From NCBI GenBank assembly GCA_964016885.1, contig OZ024741.1, positions 111,290,001 through 111,354,000 on the forward strand: a DNA stretch of 64,000 nt, written 5' to 3'. The notes under the pieces are model-generated. The model did not search any database, was not told where the DNA came from, and saw only the letters and a list, made by a program, of their open reading frames with translations. The stretch comes from Eledone cirrhosa. Taxonomy: Eukaryota. The position numbers and the translations under genes are program-made. Shown piece by piece: positions 51,581 through 64,000 of this stretch (its first letter is position 1; the number at the start of each line of letters is the position of its first letter).

Positions 51581-52755
51581 TTATCTGTTTTCTGTGTCTG
51601 TGTGTCTGTTAAGATTGTGGTGGTGGTGAGAGGCATACGATGTGTTGTGTGTTGTTGTCTCCGTGTATGTTGTTATTATTGTTGTGTGTGTTGTTGTTGT
51701 TATTGTTGTTTGTGTCTGTGTGTCTGTTGTCTCTGAGTATGTTATTATTGTTGTTGTGTGTGTTATTGTTATCGTTGTTTGTGTCTGTGTCTGTTGTTGT
51801 TGGGATGTGTGTTGTATGTGTGTGTGTGTGTGCGTATGTTGTTACTTTTGGTTTTGTTTTTGTTGTTGTTTTTGAGGCCCCAACATAATTTTGTAAATGA
51901 TTTTTCTATTTCTGACAAGCATCTTATCATATTTACCTTATATGTGGCATATTTAGGTGGTAGCTGTAATATGGATAGTTCGTCAGGGTCTACTGTAGTG
52001 TTACGGTATATATTTGTGTTGTTGAATTCATCTGTTAATGAGATGTCGGCCATGTTTATACCATCAATCCTATCTGGATATTTATCTCTATTCACTGAAG
52101 TTTCTTGGTTTAGTTTCATCTGTTTGAGCCACTTTAATTTCTTGTTAAAGTGTTTGTTGCATTCTTGGATGATGTAATTTTCTTCCTCACGTATAATGTT
52201 TAAGTATTGTAATTTTTCTGTTGGTGTGGTGATCGTAGTTATTTCTTGTATTAGGTTACGCTTATGTTTTTCTTGATGACTTAATTCTCTGTAAATTTTC
52301 TTTTTTATGTTTAGAATTAGTGTTCGTTTTAGCCTATCTGCTTGTTTTTTGGTAAGTTGTAATCTTCTTACATTGGTGTTGGTGTAAACTCGGGATGAGG
52401 CACATTCTTTTATGAAGTGTAGTTGTCGAGATGTTATTGTTTTTCGTAGACAACAGAACATGGTGGTTTTCAGTATCTTGTTAGCTTGGCTAAGGCTTAC
52501 GATATTTCATTTCTGAATTTGTTTAGCAAGATTCTTTATCTGAAAAGGTGCGTTGAAACCGATATTGTTACACTTTAGGAGGGTCATGGTGCCAATAAGA
52601 AACACACACACCAGTCGCTTTCACTCCAATTTATTATAAATAAAAAAATAAAAAAACAAAAAAACAATTTTTTTAAAAATAAATTTCCGGTTCGTTGGTT
52701 CCACAACCGGGCGGTTGTTCATATATTGTCAAAGTTCTTTCGTCACACATTCTGT

Positions 52756-54082
52756 ATGGTATGGTGGGACAATAAACTTAAAGAACAATTAGAAGACAGC
52801 AATCTCTTAACCATGATAATGTACTCTCACTACGTTGATGATATAAACATCGTAGTAAAAACACCCACACTAGAGAACAGTCAGGAATTGGAGAAAAACA
52901 CCATGGAAAGCATCCAGCAAATAGCTAACTCCATCCACCAGAGTATTAGAGTTACTATAGACTACCCAAGCAAACACCCCAACCATCGATTACCTGTACT
53001 AGACACAGAACTCTGGTTAGAAACCATTAATAACAAAAAAAAAATCCTCCATTCCCATTATGCCAAACCCATGACTTCCAAATATCTGATACACCGAAAC
53101 TCAGCTGTTTCGGATCACACCAAAATCAACATACTGATTGCGGATTTAGTACGGGTGATAAGAAACGTGTAATGTTCATCAATACAACCCCTAGAGGTGA
53201 ATTAGCTTACAAATTTAGAAGGACCCTAGATAAACTTAAACTTAATATTAAGATAGTAGAAAGACGAGGTACCTCCATAAAAACACTTATTAGTAATACA
53301 TACCCTTTTCAAAGACCCCCCTGTATAGATAAGAAATGCATAATCTGTAAACTAAGCCCCCATATTAACTGTAAAACTAGAAACATAGTATATAGCATAA
53401 GATGTACTGAAGGACAATGTAAAGATAAGAATATAGTGTACATAGGTGAGACAGGTCGTAGTATAGGAGAACGGTTAAATGAACACTGGCGAGAGCTTCA
53501 AGATAGAAAAGAATCATCAATACTCCACCATCATGCTAAAATAGAACATAAGGGCAAATTAGAGAACATAGAAATAAAAATAAAATCTACACACAGAAAA
53601 GATGGAATGTTTAGACAAATCACAGAGGCAATAAACATAAATGACCTCCAACCAAAATTAAATAGAAAACATGAATGGAATAGCAACATCACAACTTACA
53701 ATTAAGGACAAAATGAAAACACACACACAGAACAAACAACCAACCAGTAACATGTAAATAAACAAATAAATAAACAATAAAAACACACACAGACACCCAG
53801 ATGTAACACATGCGCAAACTGAGCACACAACACACACAAAAACAAGATGGCGTAAGACAAAACAAAGGCACAAAACAAAGAAAAGAATCCCCAGTCACTG
53901 AAGAGGTCACAGAATGTGTGACGAAAGAACTTTGACAATATATGAACAACCGTCTGGTTGTAGAACCAACCAACGAACCGGAAATTTATAAAAAAAGTTT
54001 TTTTAAAAACTTTTTTAATTTATAATAAATTGGAATGAAAGCGACTGGTGCGTGTGTTTCTTATTGGCAACATGACCCTCCT
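52756..54082 (+). mobile_element. Inverted partial copy of the same Penelope-like element
   Basis: ORFs 52726-53172 and 53172-53705 are near-identical to the - strand copy; internal deletion at about 53170; pseudo-LTR follows. Confidence 0.92.
53894..53936 (+). ncRNA. Minimal hammerhead ribozyme in the inverted pseudo-LTR
   Basis: GTCACTGAAGAGGTCACAGAATGTGTGACGAAAGAACTTTGAC, identical to the 48535-48577 copy. Confidence 0.7.
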
Positions 54083-55485
54083 AAAGGGAAGTGGCCATGC
54101 TCAGTGTGTAGGAAAGGCGTAGGTAGAAACTCCATTTTGTGTCCCAAATGCAAAGTATGGGTGCATAAAAGATGTAGTGGGATCACAGGTAAGCTAACTA
54201 AGAACATAGATTTTACATGTGGCCAGTGCTCTGGTGCAATAAGTAGCAACAAGTGCCCACAAAATACTAGCTCTTTCAACTGCGCGGAGGGTTCTATAGA
54301 AATAGTGGATAGCTTCCGTTACCTGGGCGACAAAATCAGTAGTAGGGGAGGGTGCTCTGAAAGTACAGTAGCTAGAGTCAGAACTGGATGGAAAAAGTTC
54401 AGAGAGCTTATACCACTATTAGCCGCTAAAGGGTTCTCCCTAAAAATGAAAGGCAGGCTGTATGATGCCTGCATACGAACAGCAATGTTGCATGGCAGTG
54501 AGACCTGGGCATTGTGTGCAGAGGATATACGCAGACTAGAGAGGAACGAAGCTTGCATGCTCCGCTGGATGTGTAATAGTAATATACGTGAACGGCAAAG
54601 CATAAACGAACTAAGGAAAAAATTAGAAATAAGAGGGATCAGATGTTGTTTACTCGAGAGAAGGCTACGTTGGTATGGTCACGTGATGCGCATGAAAGAC
54701 GATAGCTGTATAACAAAGTGCAGGGCAATAAAGATAGACGGTAGCGACGGAGTAGGCAGACCCAGAAAAACCTGGGACGAGCTGATAAATTCCGACCTCA
54801 CACACTTACACCTCTCCAAGACAATGTCACTGGACCGAGACCTTTGGCGGTACTCAGTAACAGAGAAGACCCGCCTTACCTAAATACAAAGTAAAACCTA
54901 CTACAGTCAGTAGGCATCTCTAACAAAATACACCACCCCCACCCCATCCACACCACCCCTTTCAATGTAAAGTTATGTTGGTGCCACAACATCCAGGCCG
55001 AAACAAATGAGATCGTGTAGGTGTCACGACAAATAACACACAGTCCACGCTGTAATGTGGCCGTGTAGGCAACACAGTAAAAACCTCCCAACCCCACACT
55101 GTAAATGTGGTTGGTGTTAGGAAGGGCATCCAGCCGTAGAAAACCCGCCAGACAGTCCACGCTGTAATGTGGCCGTGTAGGCAACACGGTAAAAACCTCC
55201 CAGACCCACACTGTAAATGTGGTTGGTGTTAGGAAGGGCATCCAGCCGTAGAAAACCTGCCAGACAGTCCACGCTGTAATGTGGCCGTGTAGGCAACACG
55301 GTAAAAACCTCCCAGCCCCACACTGTAAATGTGGTTGGTGTTAGGAAGGGCATCCAGCTGTAGAAAACCCGCCAGACAGTCCTATGCGAGCAAGACAATC
55401 ACTCTTACCTCAAGTGGGAAATACCCCCGTCCAAACCCATGCAAGCGTGGAACACGGACGTTAAACGTTGATGATGATGATGATA
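54083..55485 (+). mobile_element. RTE LINE (family B) 3' fragment with intact PHD-to-stop frame
   Basis: ORF 54035-54883; 3'UTR with three tandem modules of about 116 bp; (GAT)n tail. Confidence 0.92.
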
Positions 55486-55744
55486 TGTATGTATATATAT
55501 ATATGTATATATATGTATGTAGGCGCCACAGAAAAAAAGCACCCAGCACTCACTGTAAATGAGGTTGGTGTTAGGAAGGGCATCCAGCTGTAGAAATCAA
55601 GCCAGAATCAGTTCTTGCATGAGCAAGACATGGTCAGCCGACCGGGCACTGCCCACAACAGGACAACCCGTCTAACCCATGCTAGCATGGAAAAATGGAC
55701 GTAAAACGGTGATGATGATGATGATATGTATATATATATGACAT

Positions 55745-58250
55745 CACTCGAACAGAGCCAGATGGAGTCCCTGCTGGCCCTCATACACAGGCTTTTCATG
55801 GAACAAGCAGTACTCTTCCCAACAAGAGGCGAGAATGTCCTGGATGTCTGCTTTACAAACAACACAGTGCTCATCCACAATATAAAGGTGACACCAATGA
55901 TTTTCTTAGATCATAATTTAGTGGAACTAATTATGTGTGGTCTGAGAGAGTCACCAGAGACGCAGCCATTAAGAAGCATCAGGAATTTATTCAGCCTAAA
56001 CTTTCATAAGGCTAATTGGAAAAAGATCCAGAAAGAGATCTGGAAGCAAAACTGGAGCGACAACATCACACAAGACACCAACACATATTTTCAACATTTC
56101 ATGACAACAATACAAACCATATGCCATAAGTTTGTCCTGGAGAAAAAGGTCAACGGGCATAAAAATCTTATTCCCAGAGACAGGAAAATCCTTATGAGAT
56201 GATGAACTAAGCTCTCAAACCAGTTAAATGCACAACATAAAAACAAGAAGGAACCCTATCTGAAACAGGCACTACTTGAAATTGAAACTGCACTAAAACT
56301 TTCGAATAAGAAAGAGAGGGCAGAGAGAGAAGCCAGCACCATAGAAAATATTTTATAAAATCTTAAGGCCTTCTTTAAATTTGCAAAAGAAACTGCCTCA
56401 GTACACTGCAAGATTGGGCCACTCTTCCATAAAAATGGTTCATTAACTGAGGATCCCCAAGGGATAAGTGAAATACTGAATGAACAGTACAAAAGTGTGT
56501 TCACACACCCATTGAGGCACATACAAATAACAAAACCAGAGGATTTCTTTGATACCACAGCACTCCACAAAGAAATGGCGACCATAAACCACATAGACAT
56601 AACGGAGGAAGATGTGATATCCACTATAAATGAAATTAGAACAAATTCACCTGATGGATTTCCAGCAGTCCTCCTAAAAACATGTAAACATGCCTTAGCA
56701 GGACCACTGAAGATTATCTTCAGAAGTTCTTTGGCTAGCGGTAAATTACCCAGAGAGCTAAAAGAAGGCTCAATATGCCCTATCCATAAAGAAGGAAGCA
56801 GAGCGGAAGCCAGTCTCCCTGACATCACATATCAGTAAGGTCATGGAACAAGTCATCAGAAAGAAACTGATTATGTTTCTCGAGGAAAATGACTGCCTAA
56901 CTAGCATGCAGCATAGCTTTCGCCCAGGAAGAAGCTACCTTACACAGCTGTTACAACACTATGACTAGGTACTGAAACAACTCCTGGACAGCTCACATGT
57001 GGCCGTGATATATCTTGACTTTGCAAAGGCCTTTGACAAGGACAACCACAGAATGATATGTCACAAACTACACAGACTCAGTATAACTGGAAATGTAGGT
57101 GAGTGGCTGCATGATTTCTTAAAAGATAGAAGCCAGACAGTTGCAGCCAATGGGGCCCTCTTAAAGGAAACATGAATAACACGTGGGGTACCCCAGGGCA
57201 CGATCTTGGGACGACTACTGTTTTTGGTGGATCTCTCAGACATGCCCTCTGTAGTACATACAACATCCCTCACTAGCTATGCTGATGACACAAAGGTAGC
57301 ACACGCAATAAAAACCCGGCTGATACTGCCCTTTTACAACAAGATCTGGATGCCATATACAAATGGGCTGAGGACAACAACATGCAGTTTAATGTTGGAA
57401 AATTTCAAGCCCTACAATACCAACCTACAAACACAATGACAATACAACACAGTTCCACCGGACCAGGAGGAATCGAAATTCTCATGTCGAAATCAATATG
57501 AGATATGGAGATAGATACGAGCGATGATGCATCTTTTTCTTCACACATCATGACGGTGGCGACAATGTGCAGGTGATTTGTTGGCTGGATCTTGAGGACT
57601 TTCCAGACAAAAAAACTGAGAGACCATGTTGATACTATGGAGGACATTTGTTCTAAGACACCTGGACTACTGCTCTCAGCTGTGGTTACCCTATAGTAAC
57701 TAACTACGGAACTTGAGGCAATCCAACGAAGCTACACCAAGACAATTGCCACAATGAAGGAGATGAGTTATTGGGAGAGGCTAAAAGAGCTGAAACTCTA
57801 CTCCTTGGAACGAAGCTGGGAGAGATATGCAGTGATATACATATAGAAAATCCTGGAGGGACTAGCACCAAACTTTGGTATTGATAGCTGGACCAACCCC
57901 CGAACAGGACGTCACTGTGTGGTGCCAAAGGTCTCATCTTTCACATCTAGAATAAGGAGCAGACATTGTAATAGCCTGGGGTTCAAAGGCCCTCAACTCT
58001 TCAACACGCTGCCAAGAAATTTGAGAGATCTGCATGGTGTGGATGAGGATGCTTTCAAGAAACAGCTTGACACCCTGCTATCCAGGATCCCGGATGATCC
58101 AACAGCACGGTACGAAGGTAACCTAAGGGTAATAGCAACAAACTTCCTCTTACACCAATGGCCAAACAACACAGGCTGGAGATAGAATGTGTAACAACAA
58201 GGGTGGTGCCCCAGCATGGCCTCAGCTGGATGGCTGGGACAGGTAAAAGA
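55745..58250 (+). mobile_element. CR1/L2-group LINE ORF2, degenerate
   Basis: NVLDVCFTN, NFHKANW, PDGFPAVLLK, YLDFAKAFDK, GVPQGTILG, YADDTK and GPQLFNTLP motifs with stops. Confidence 0.85.
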
Positions 58251-58324
58251 TTATATATATATATGTATATATATACAGTACATATATATATATATGTATG
58301 TATATATGTATACATATATACATA

Positions 58325-60180
58325 TCATCATCATCATCGTTTAACGTCTATCTTCCACGCTAGCATGGGTTTAGACGGGGATTGTCCCACTTGAGGCAAG
58401 ATTGGTCGGCTCACTCGTATAGGACTGTCTGGCAGGTTTTCCACGGCTGGATGCCCTTCCTAACACCAACCATATTTACAGTGTGGACTGAGAGGTTTTT
58501 ACCGTGTTATCTACACGGCCACATTACAGCGTGGACTGTGTTTTTTGTCGTGACACCTACACGACTTCATTTATTTAGGACTGGATATTGTGGTACCAAC
58601 ATAACTTTACAGAGAAAGGGGTGGTGTTGATGGGGGGGTGGGGGTGAGGTAGTGGGATGGGGGTGTATATTTGATTAAGAGGTGCCTACTGACTGTAGGT
58701 TTAGCTTTGTACTTAGGCAAGGCGGGTCTTCTGTATTACTGCGTAGCACCAAAGATCTCGGTCCAGTGACATTGTCTTAGAGAGGTGTAAGTTTGTAAGG
58801 TCGGAATTTATCAAATTGTCCCAGGTTTTTCTGGGTCTACCTACTTCGTAACTTCTATCAATTTTGATCGCCCTGCACTTTTTTAATACAGCTGTCGTCT
58901 TTCATGCGCATCACGTGACAATACCAACGTAGTCTTCTCTCGAGTAGACAGCATCTGATCCCTCTTATACCTTATTTCTCACTTAGTTCATTTATACTTT
59001 GCTGTTCACGTATATTACTATTACACATCCAACGGATGGCGCGGGGACTGTCAAATGCTTTCTCCAAGTCAACAAAAGCTATGTATAGGGGTTTACTTTT
59101 AGCTAGGTACTTCTCCTGTAGTTGTCGTACAAGGAAAAGGGCGTCTGTGGTACTTTTACCTGACACAAACCCAAACTGCATTTCGTCTAGGTCAATTTGC
59201 TGCTGATTAGTTGCGCTATAACTTTTTATGTGACCTTCATGACCTGGTCGACTAATTTAATGCCTCTATAGTTTCCTCTATCTAGTGCATCTCCTTTACC
59301 CTTGTAGCAGTTAATGATGATGCTGCTACGCCAGTCATTTGGTATGACCCCGGTCTGTATGACGTTGTTTACTATCTGGGTGACCATGATGTGTCCCACC
59401 GTTCCAGATGCTTTCAGTATTTCATCAACTATCTCCGAAGGCCCAGCTGCCTTGCCTGTCTTCAAATCTTTGATTGCCTTACTTATTATACTACCTTCAA
59501 CTTGCACCGCTGGTCCTTCTATTGGATCGATTTGGGGCAGACTATCTTTGTCCCATTTATTCTCCTCATTTAGTAGCCTCTCGTAGTGAAACTTCCAAGC
59601 TGCCTTCTTATCAGCGTCAGTGATGACAAGTATACCATCATCATTATGGACACACTTCTCCCCGATAATATCACGGTTTTCCTTGACACATTGCCTAGCA
59701 ATCCTGAACACCTCACGTTTTTGGTCCTCGCGTTGTAGACCATGCTTGAACCTTCTTTCCTCTGCTTCCCTTCTTGCAAAGTACACTTGTCTCCTAGATT
59801 CCCTCCTGGCCACTCGATAGTGTTTCTACTTCCTCCATCCTGCCATACTTTCCAAGCCTGCTTTTTGGCCTTGATTGACTCCTCCACCTTACTATTCCAC
59901 CACCTTGTTACTCTCCTCCTGCCTATAGGTCTGCTCCAGCCAGAGATTTCATCTGTCATCTTCAGCAGGTTAACTTTCAGGAATTCCCACTGTTCCTCTA
60001 TATTGTACGACTCTAATTGCTCTTCCTTACTGTCAAAAGCATCAAGTAGTATGCTTTTAAATTTGTTACTGGCTGTGGGGTCCTTTAACTTCCATATTCT
60101 TCTCCTTAGGGTAGTCCTCCTCAGTTGTTGAGTACGTCTTGTCGCTAACTATGAGGCTATGTTGGCAGGTGCATTCTTTC
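58325..60180 (-). mobile_element. RTE LINE (family B) piece, internally deleted at about 59035
   Basis: FVDLEKAFDSPRAI is fused directly to RWMCNSN; (GAT)n tail at 58325-58338. Confidence 0.9.
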
Positions 60181-60242
60181 ACAAAACCACCGCTTTAGCT
60201 ATCACTCCTTAATTTTAGACCTCTCCTTAAGTTTAGACCTGG

Positions 60243-62873
60243 TTGCTTTTCGATATGCTAGATGGACTATGGAATTCTGGAGAGTCTGAAAAATCTGGAC
60301 ACTCAATGACAATGCCAAAGATAAAGATAAATTCACCTCATGTTGCCGGACGAGAATGCAAGGACTCCTCTTTATTTCGGATGGCTAACATAACACCATC
60401 TCCCTCACACCTCCTTGCGCCTCAACCTTCCCACCCACCAAACACAATCCAAAACTTCAGAGTTGGTACCATGAATGTAGGCATTTTAAAAGGTCGCTCT
60501 AATGAGGTTGTAGAGATGCTTGAAGGTAAGGAAGTTTATGTTTGTTGTAGTCAAGAGACCAGGTGGAGGGGTGGGTCTGCTAGTTTCATTGTAGGTAAAA
60601 AACGATGCTATGAACTTTTCTGGGTGGGAAACGACAATGGGCTGGGTGGGGTAGGAATCATGTTAGCAGAAAAATGGATAGATAAGATAGTAGACGTAAA
60701 TAGAGTGAACGACAGAATAATTAAAATAAGACTTGTCCTAAATAAAACTACTTTGATAATAATATCCGCGTATGCACCCCAATCCGGACTGCCTGGCGTT
60801 ATAAAAGACAGATTCTATGAGTCGCTAATGCTAACTACCTCCCAAATAACCGTCAGTGACGACATAATTATTGCTGGCGATCTAAATGGTCATGTTAGAC
60901 AACAGTGTGACGGCTATGACGGAATCCATGGAGGCTATGGGTTTGGCACTAGAAATGAGGAAGGCTCCAGAATCCTGGAATTCTGTGATGCAAATAACCT
61001 AACTATCTGTAACACAAACTTAAAAAAACGAGACAATCACTTGATCACCTATAGATCAGGGGAACATGCCAGTCAGACAGATTACATCCTTACCAGAAGA
61101 CGTGACAGAGTGTCTGTTGTAAACACTAAATCTATATATGTATGTGAGAGCTGTACAAGCTATGTATAAAGAAACAGTCAGTAAGGTTAGAATTAACAAT
61201 GAATATTGTGAAGAATTTAGTGTACATCAAGGCTCTGTCCTTAGCCCCCTCCTATTTATTATTGCCTTTCAGGCTATAACAGAGGAGGTCAAGACCGGCT
61301 GCCCTTGGGAACTCCTAAACGCAGATGATCTAATGCTCATAGCTGAATCAATGGCTGAACTAGAGAAGAAATTCCAAAGATGGAAGCATGGCCTAGAATC
61401 AAAAGGCCTTAAAGTTAACTTGTCTAAGACTAAAGTTCTAGTTTGTATAAAGGAAAATAGGGCACAAGTGCCCTCAGGGAAATGGTCATGCTCAGTGTGT
61501 AGGAAAGGAGTAGGCAGAAAGTCCATTTTATGTCCCAAATGCAAGGTATGGGTACATAAAAGATGTAGTGGGATCACAGGTAAACTATCTAAGAACGTAG
61601 ACTTTATATGTGGCCGATGTTCAGGTACAATAGGTAGCAAGTGTCCACAGGATACTAGCTCCTTCTATTGCCCAGATGGTTCTATAGAAATAGTGGACAC
61701 TTTCCGTTACCTGGGTGACAAAATCAGCAGTGGTTGAGGGTGTTCTGAAAGTACAGTAGCCAGAGTTAGAACGGGATGGAAAAAGTTCAGACAGCTTATA
61801 CCGCTGTTGGCCACAAAAGGTTTCTCTAAAAATGAAAGGCAGATTGTATGATGCCTGTATACGAACAGCAATACTACATGGCAGTGAGACATGGGCATTA
61901 TGTGCAGAGGACCTGCGCAGACTGGAAAGGAATGAAGCATGCATGCTCCGTTGGATGTGTAATAGTAATATACCTGAACGGCAAAGCATAAATGAGATAA
62001 GTGAGAAATTAGGAATAAGAGGGATCAGATGCTGTTTACTTGAGAGAAGACTACGTTGGTATGGCCACGTGATGTGCATGAAAGACGACAGCTGTATAAA
62101 AAAATTGCAGGGTGATCAAAATTGATGGCAGTTACGGAGTAGGTAGACCCAGAAACACCTGGGATGATCTCATAAATTCTGACCTTACACACTCACTCCT
62201 CTCTAAGACAATGTCATGGGACCGAGATATTTGGTGCTACGCAGTAATACAGAAGACCCGCCTTGCCTATGTATAAAAGCGAAACCTACAGTCAGTAGGC
62301 ACTTCTTAACCAAATATACACCCCCCAATCCACTACTCCTACTCTATCCTCCCACTCCCACCAACACCACTCTCTCTGTAAAGTTTGTACCACAACATCC
62401 AGTCCAAATAAATGAGATAATTGTTTCTACTTTAGGCACAAGGCCAGCAATTATCCAGTGCATTACTGGTACTTTATTTTATCGACCCCGTAAGGATGAA
62501 AGGCAAAGTTAACCTCGGCGGGATTTGAACTCAGATCGTAAAGGGACGTAACTATGCTGGAAAGCATGGCGTCCAACCCTCTACCGATACTGCCAATCCA
62601 CCGGAGATAATGAGATCGAGATCGTGTAGGTGTTACGACAAAAAACACACACACGCTGTAATGTGGCCGTGTAGGTAACATGATAAAAAGTTCCCAGTTC
62701 CACACTGAAAATGTGGTTGATGATAGGAAGGGCATCCAGCTGTAGAAAACCTGCCAGATAGTCCTATATGAGCGAGACATGGTCACCCGACCAACCTTGC
62801 CTCAAGTAGACTCCCGTCTAACCCATGCTAGCGTGGAAGATGGTCGTTAAACGCAGATGATGATGATGATGAT
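60243..62873 (+). mobile_element. RTE LINE (family B): APE joined to the second half of RT; SINE inserted in the 3'UTR (62419-62601)
   Basis: APE ORF 60243-61169, junction at about 61135-61143, RT/PHD ORF 61138-61737, C-terminus and (GAT)n tail. Confidence 0.9.
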
Positions 62874-62900
62874 GTATATATGTATGTATATATATGTATA

Positions 62901-62938
<38 letters not shown>

Positions 62939-62950
62939 TATATATGTATA

Positions 62951-63347
62951 TATCATCATCATCATCATCATTTCATTTTACGTCCGCTTTTCCCTGCTTG
63001 CAAGGGTGGGACGGGAACTCATTCTGGCTTGATTTCTACAGCTGGATGTCCTTCCTAACACCAACCTCATTTACAGTGAGTGCTGGGTGCTTTTTTTCCG
63101 TGGTGCCTACACGTCCACTTTACAGTGTGGGCTGGGTGCTTTTTTGCCGTGGCACCTCCACGACCACTTTGCAATGGAATGATAGCGACCCCAGTCCCTA
63201 TCATGTCATTTCTACAGCTGAGTAAACTGGAGCAATGTGAAATAAAGTCTCTTTCTCAAGGAAACAACACATCACCCGGTCTGAGAATAGAATTCACAAC
63301 CTTTCCATTGCAAGGTCAATGCTCTAACCACTAAGCCATGTGCCTCC
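62951..63347 (-). mobile_element. CORE-type SINE with RTE tail
   Basis: Same family as 26281-26622, with an internal duplication. Confidence 0.88.

Positions 63348-64000
<653 letters not shown>

Larger units (their letters stand above)
48333..52755 (-). mobile_element. Near full-length Penelope-like element (RT plus GIY-YIG) with pseudo-LTRs; defective
   Basis: RT motifs TDKSG, YGLRKDHK, SMDVASLYPSI, QEEGAAIG, YVDD; Cys-rich linker; NIVY...YIGETARS..ERL.EH. The 3' terminal repeat (about 48333-48560) recurs at about 52510-52755. Confidence 0.92.

Noticed and set aside
50834-52177. Hydrophobic, transmembrane-like + strand ORFs
   Set aside because: They are antisense shadows of the A/C-rich PLE strand.
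54035-54082. Apparent novel N-terminus on the 282-aa ORF
   Set aside because: It is a chance in-frame fusion of the PLE pseudo-LTR with a truncated RTE.

Overview
Eukaryotic, AT-rich, transposon-dense DNA; the repeat families and (TA)n/(GAT)n tracts suggest a mollusc, probably an octopod (inference). The host coding sequence I can support is six small + strand exons. They belong to what look like two tandem paralogues of a patatin-like phospholipase of the ExoU/VipD-like type. The 3' end of gene 1 (2748-8471) has an EF-hand split across an intron. The 5' end of gene 2 (42043-46055) has an MG N-terminus, a GGGxKG loop and a GASAG nucleophile elbow. The rest is mostly mobile DNA: many RTE LINEs (one family has a PHD finger inside the RT), a CR1-like LINE, CRE fragments, Penelope-like elements with hammerhead ribozymes, two non-autonomous Gypsy-type LTR elements, a Helitron, Merlin, mariner, MITEs and two tRNA-SINE families. 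The most notable observations are three unrelated hammerhead ribozyme candidates, a primer-binding site that copies tRNA-Trp past m1A58 with a mismatch at that base, a probable gene-conversion tract between LINE copies, a jigsaw-rearranged RTE and a perfect 241-bp palindrome. All calls were made by eye, and TE boundaries are approximate unless termini or TSDs are quoted.
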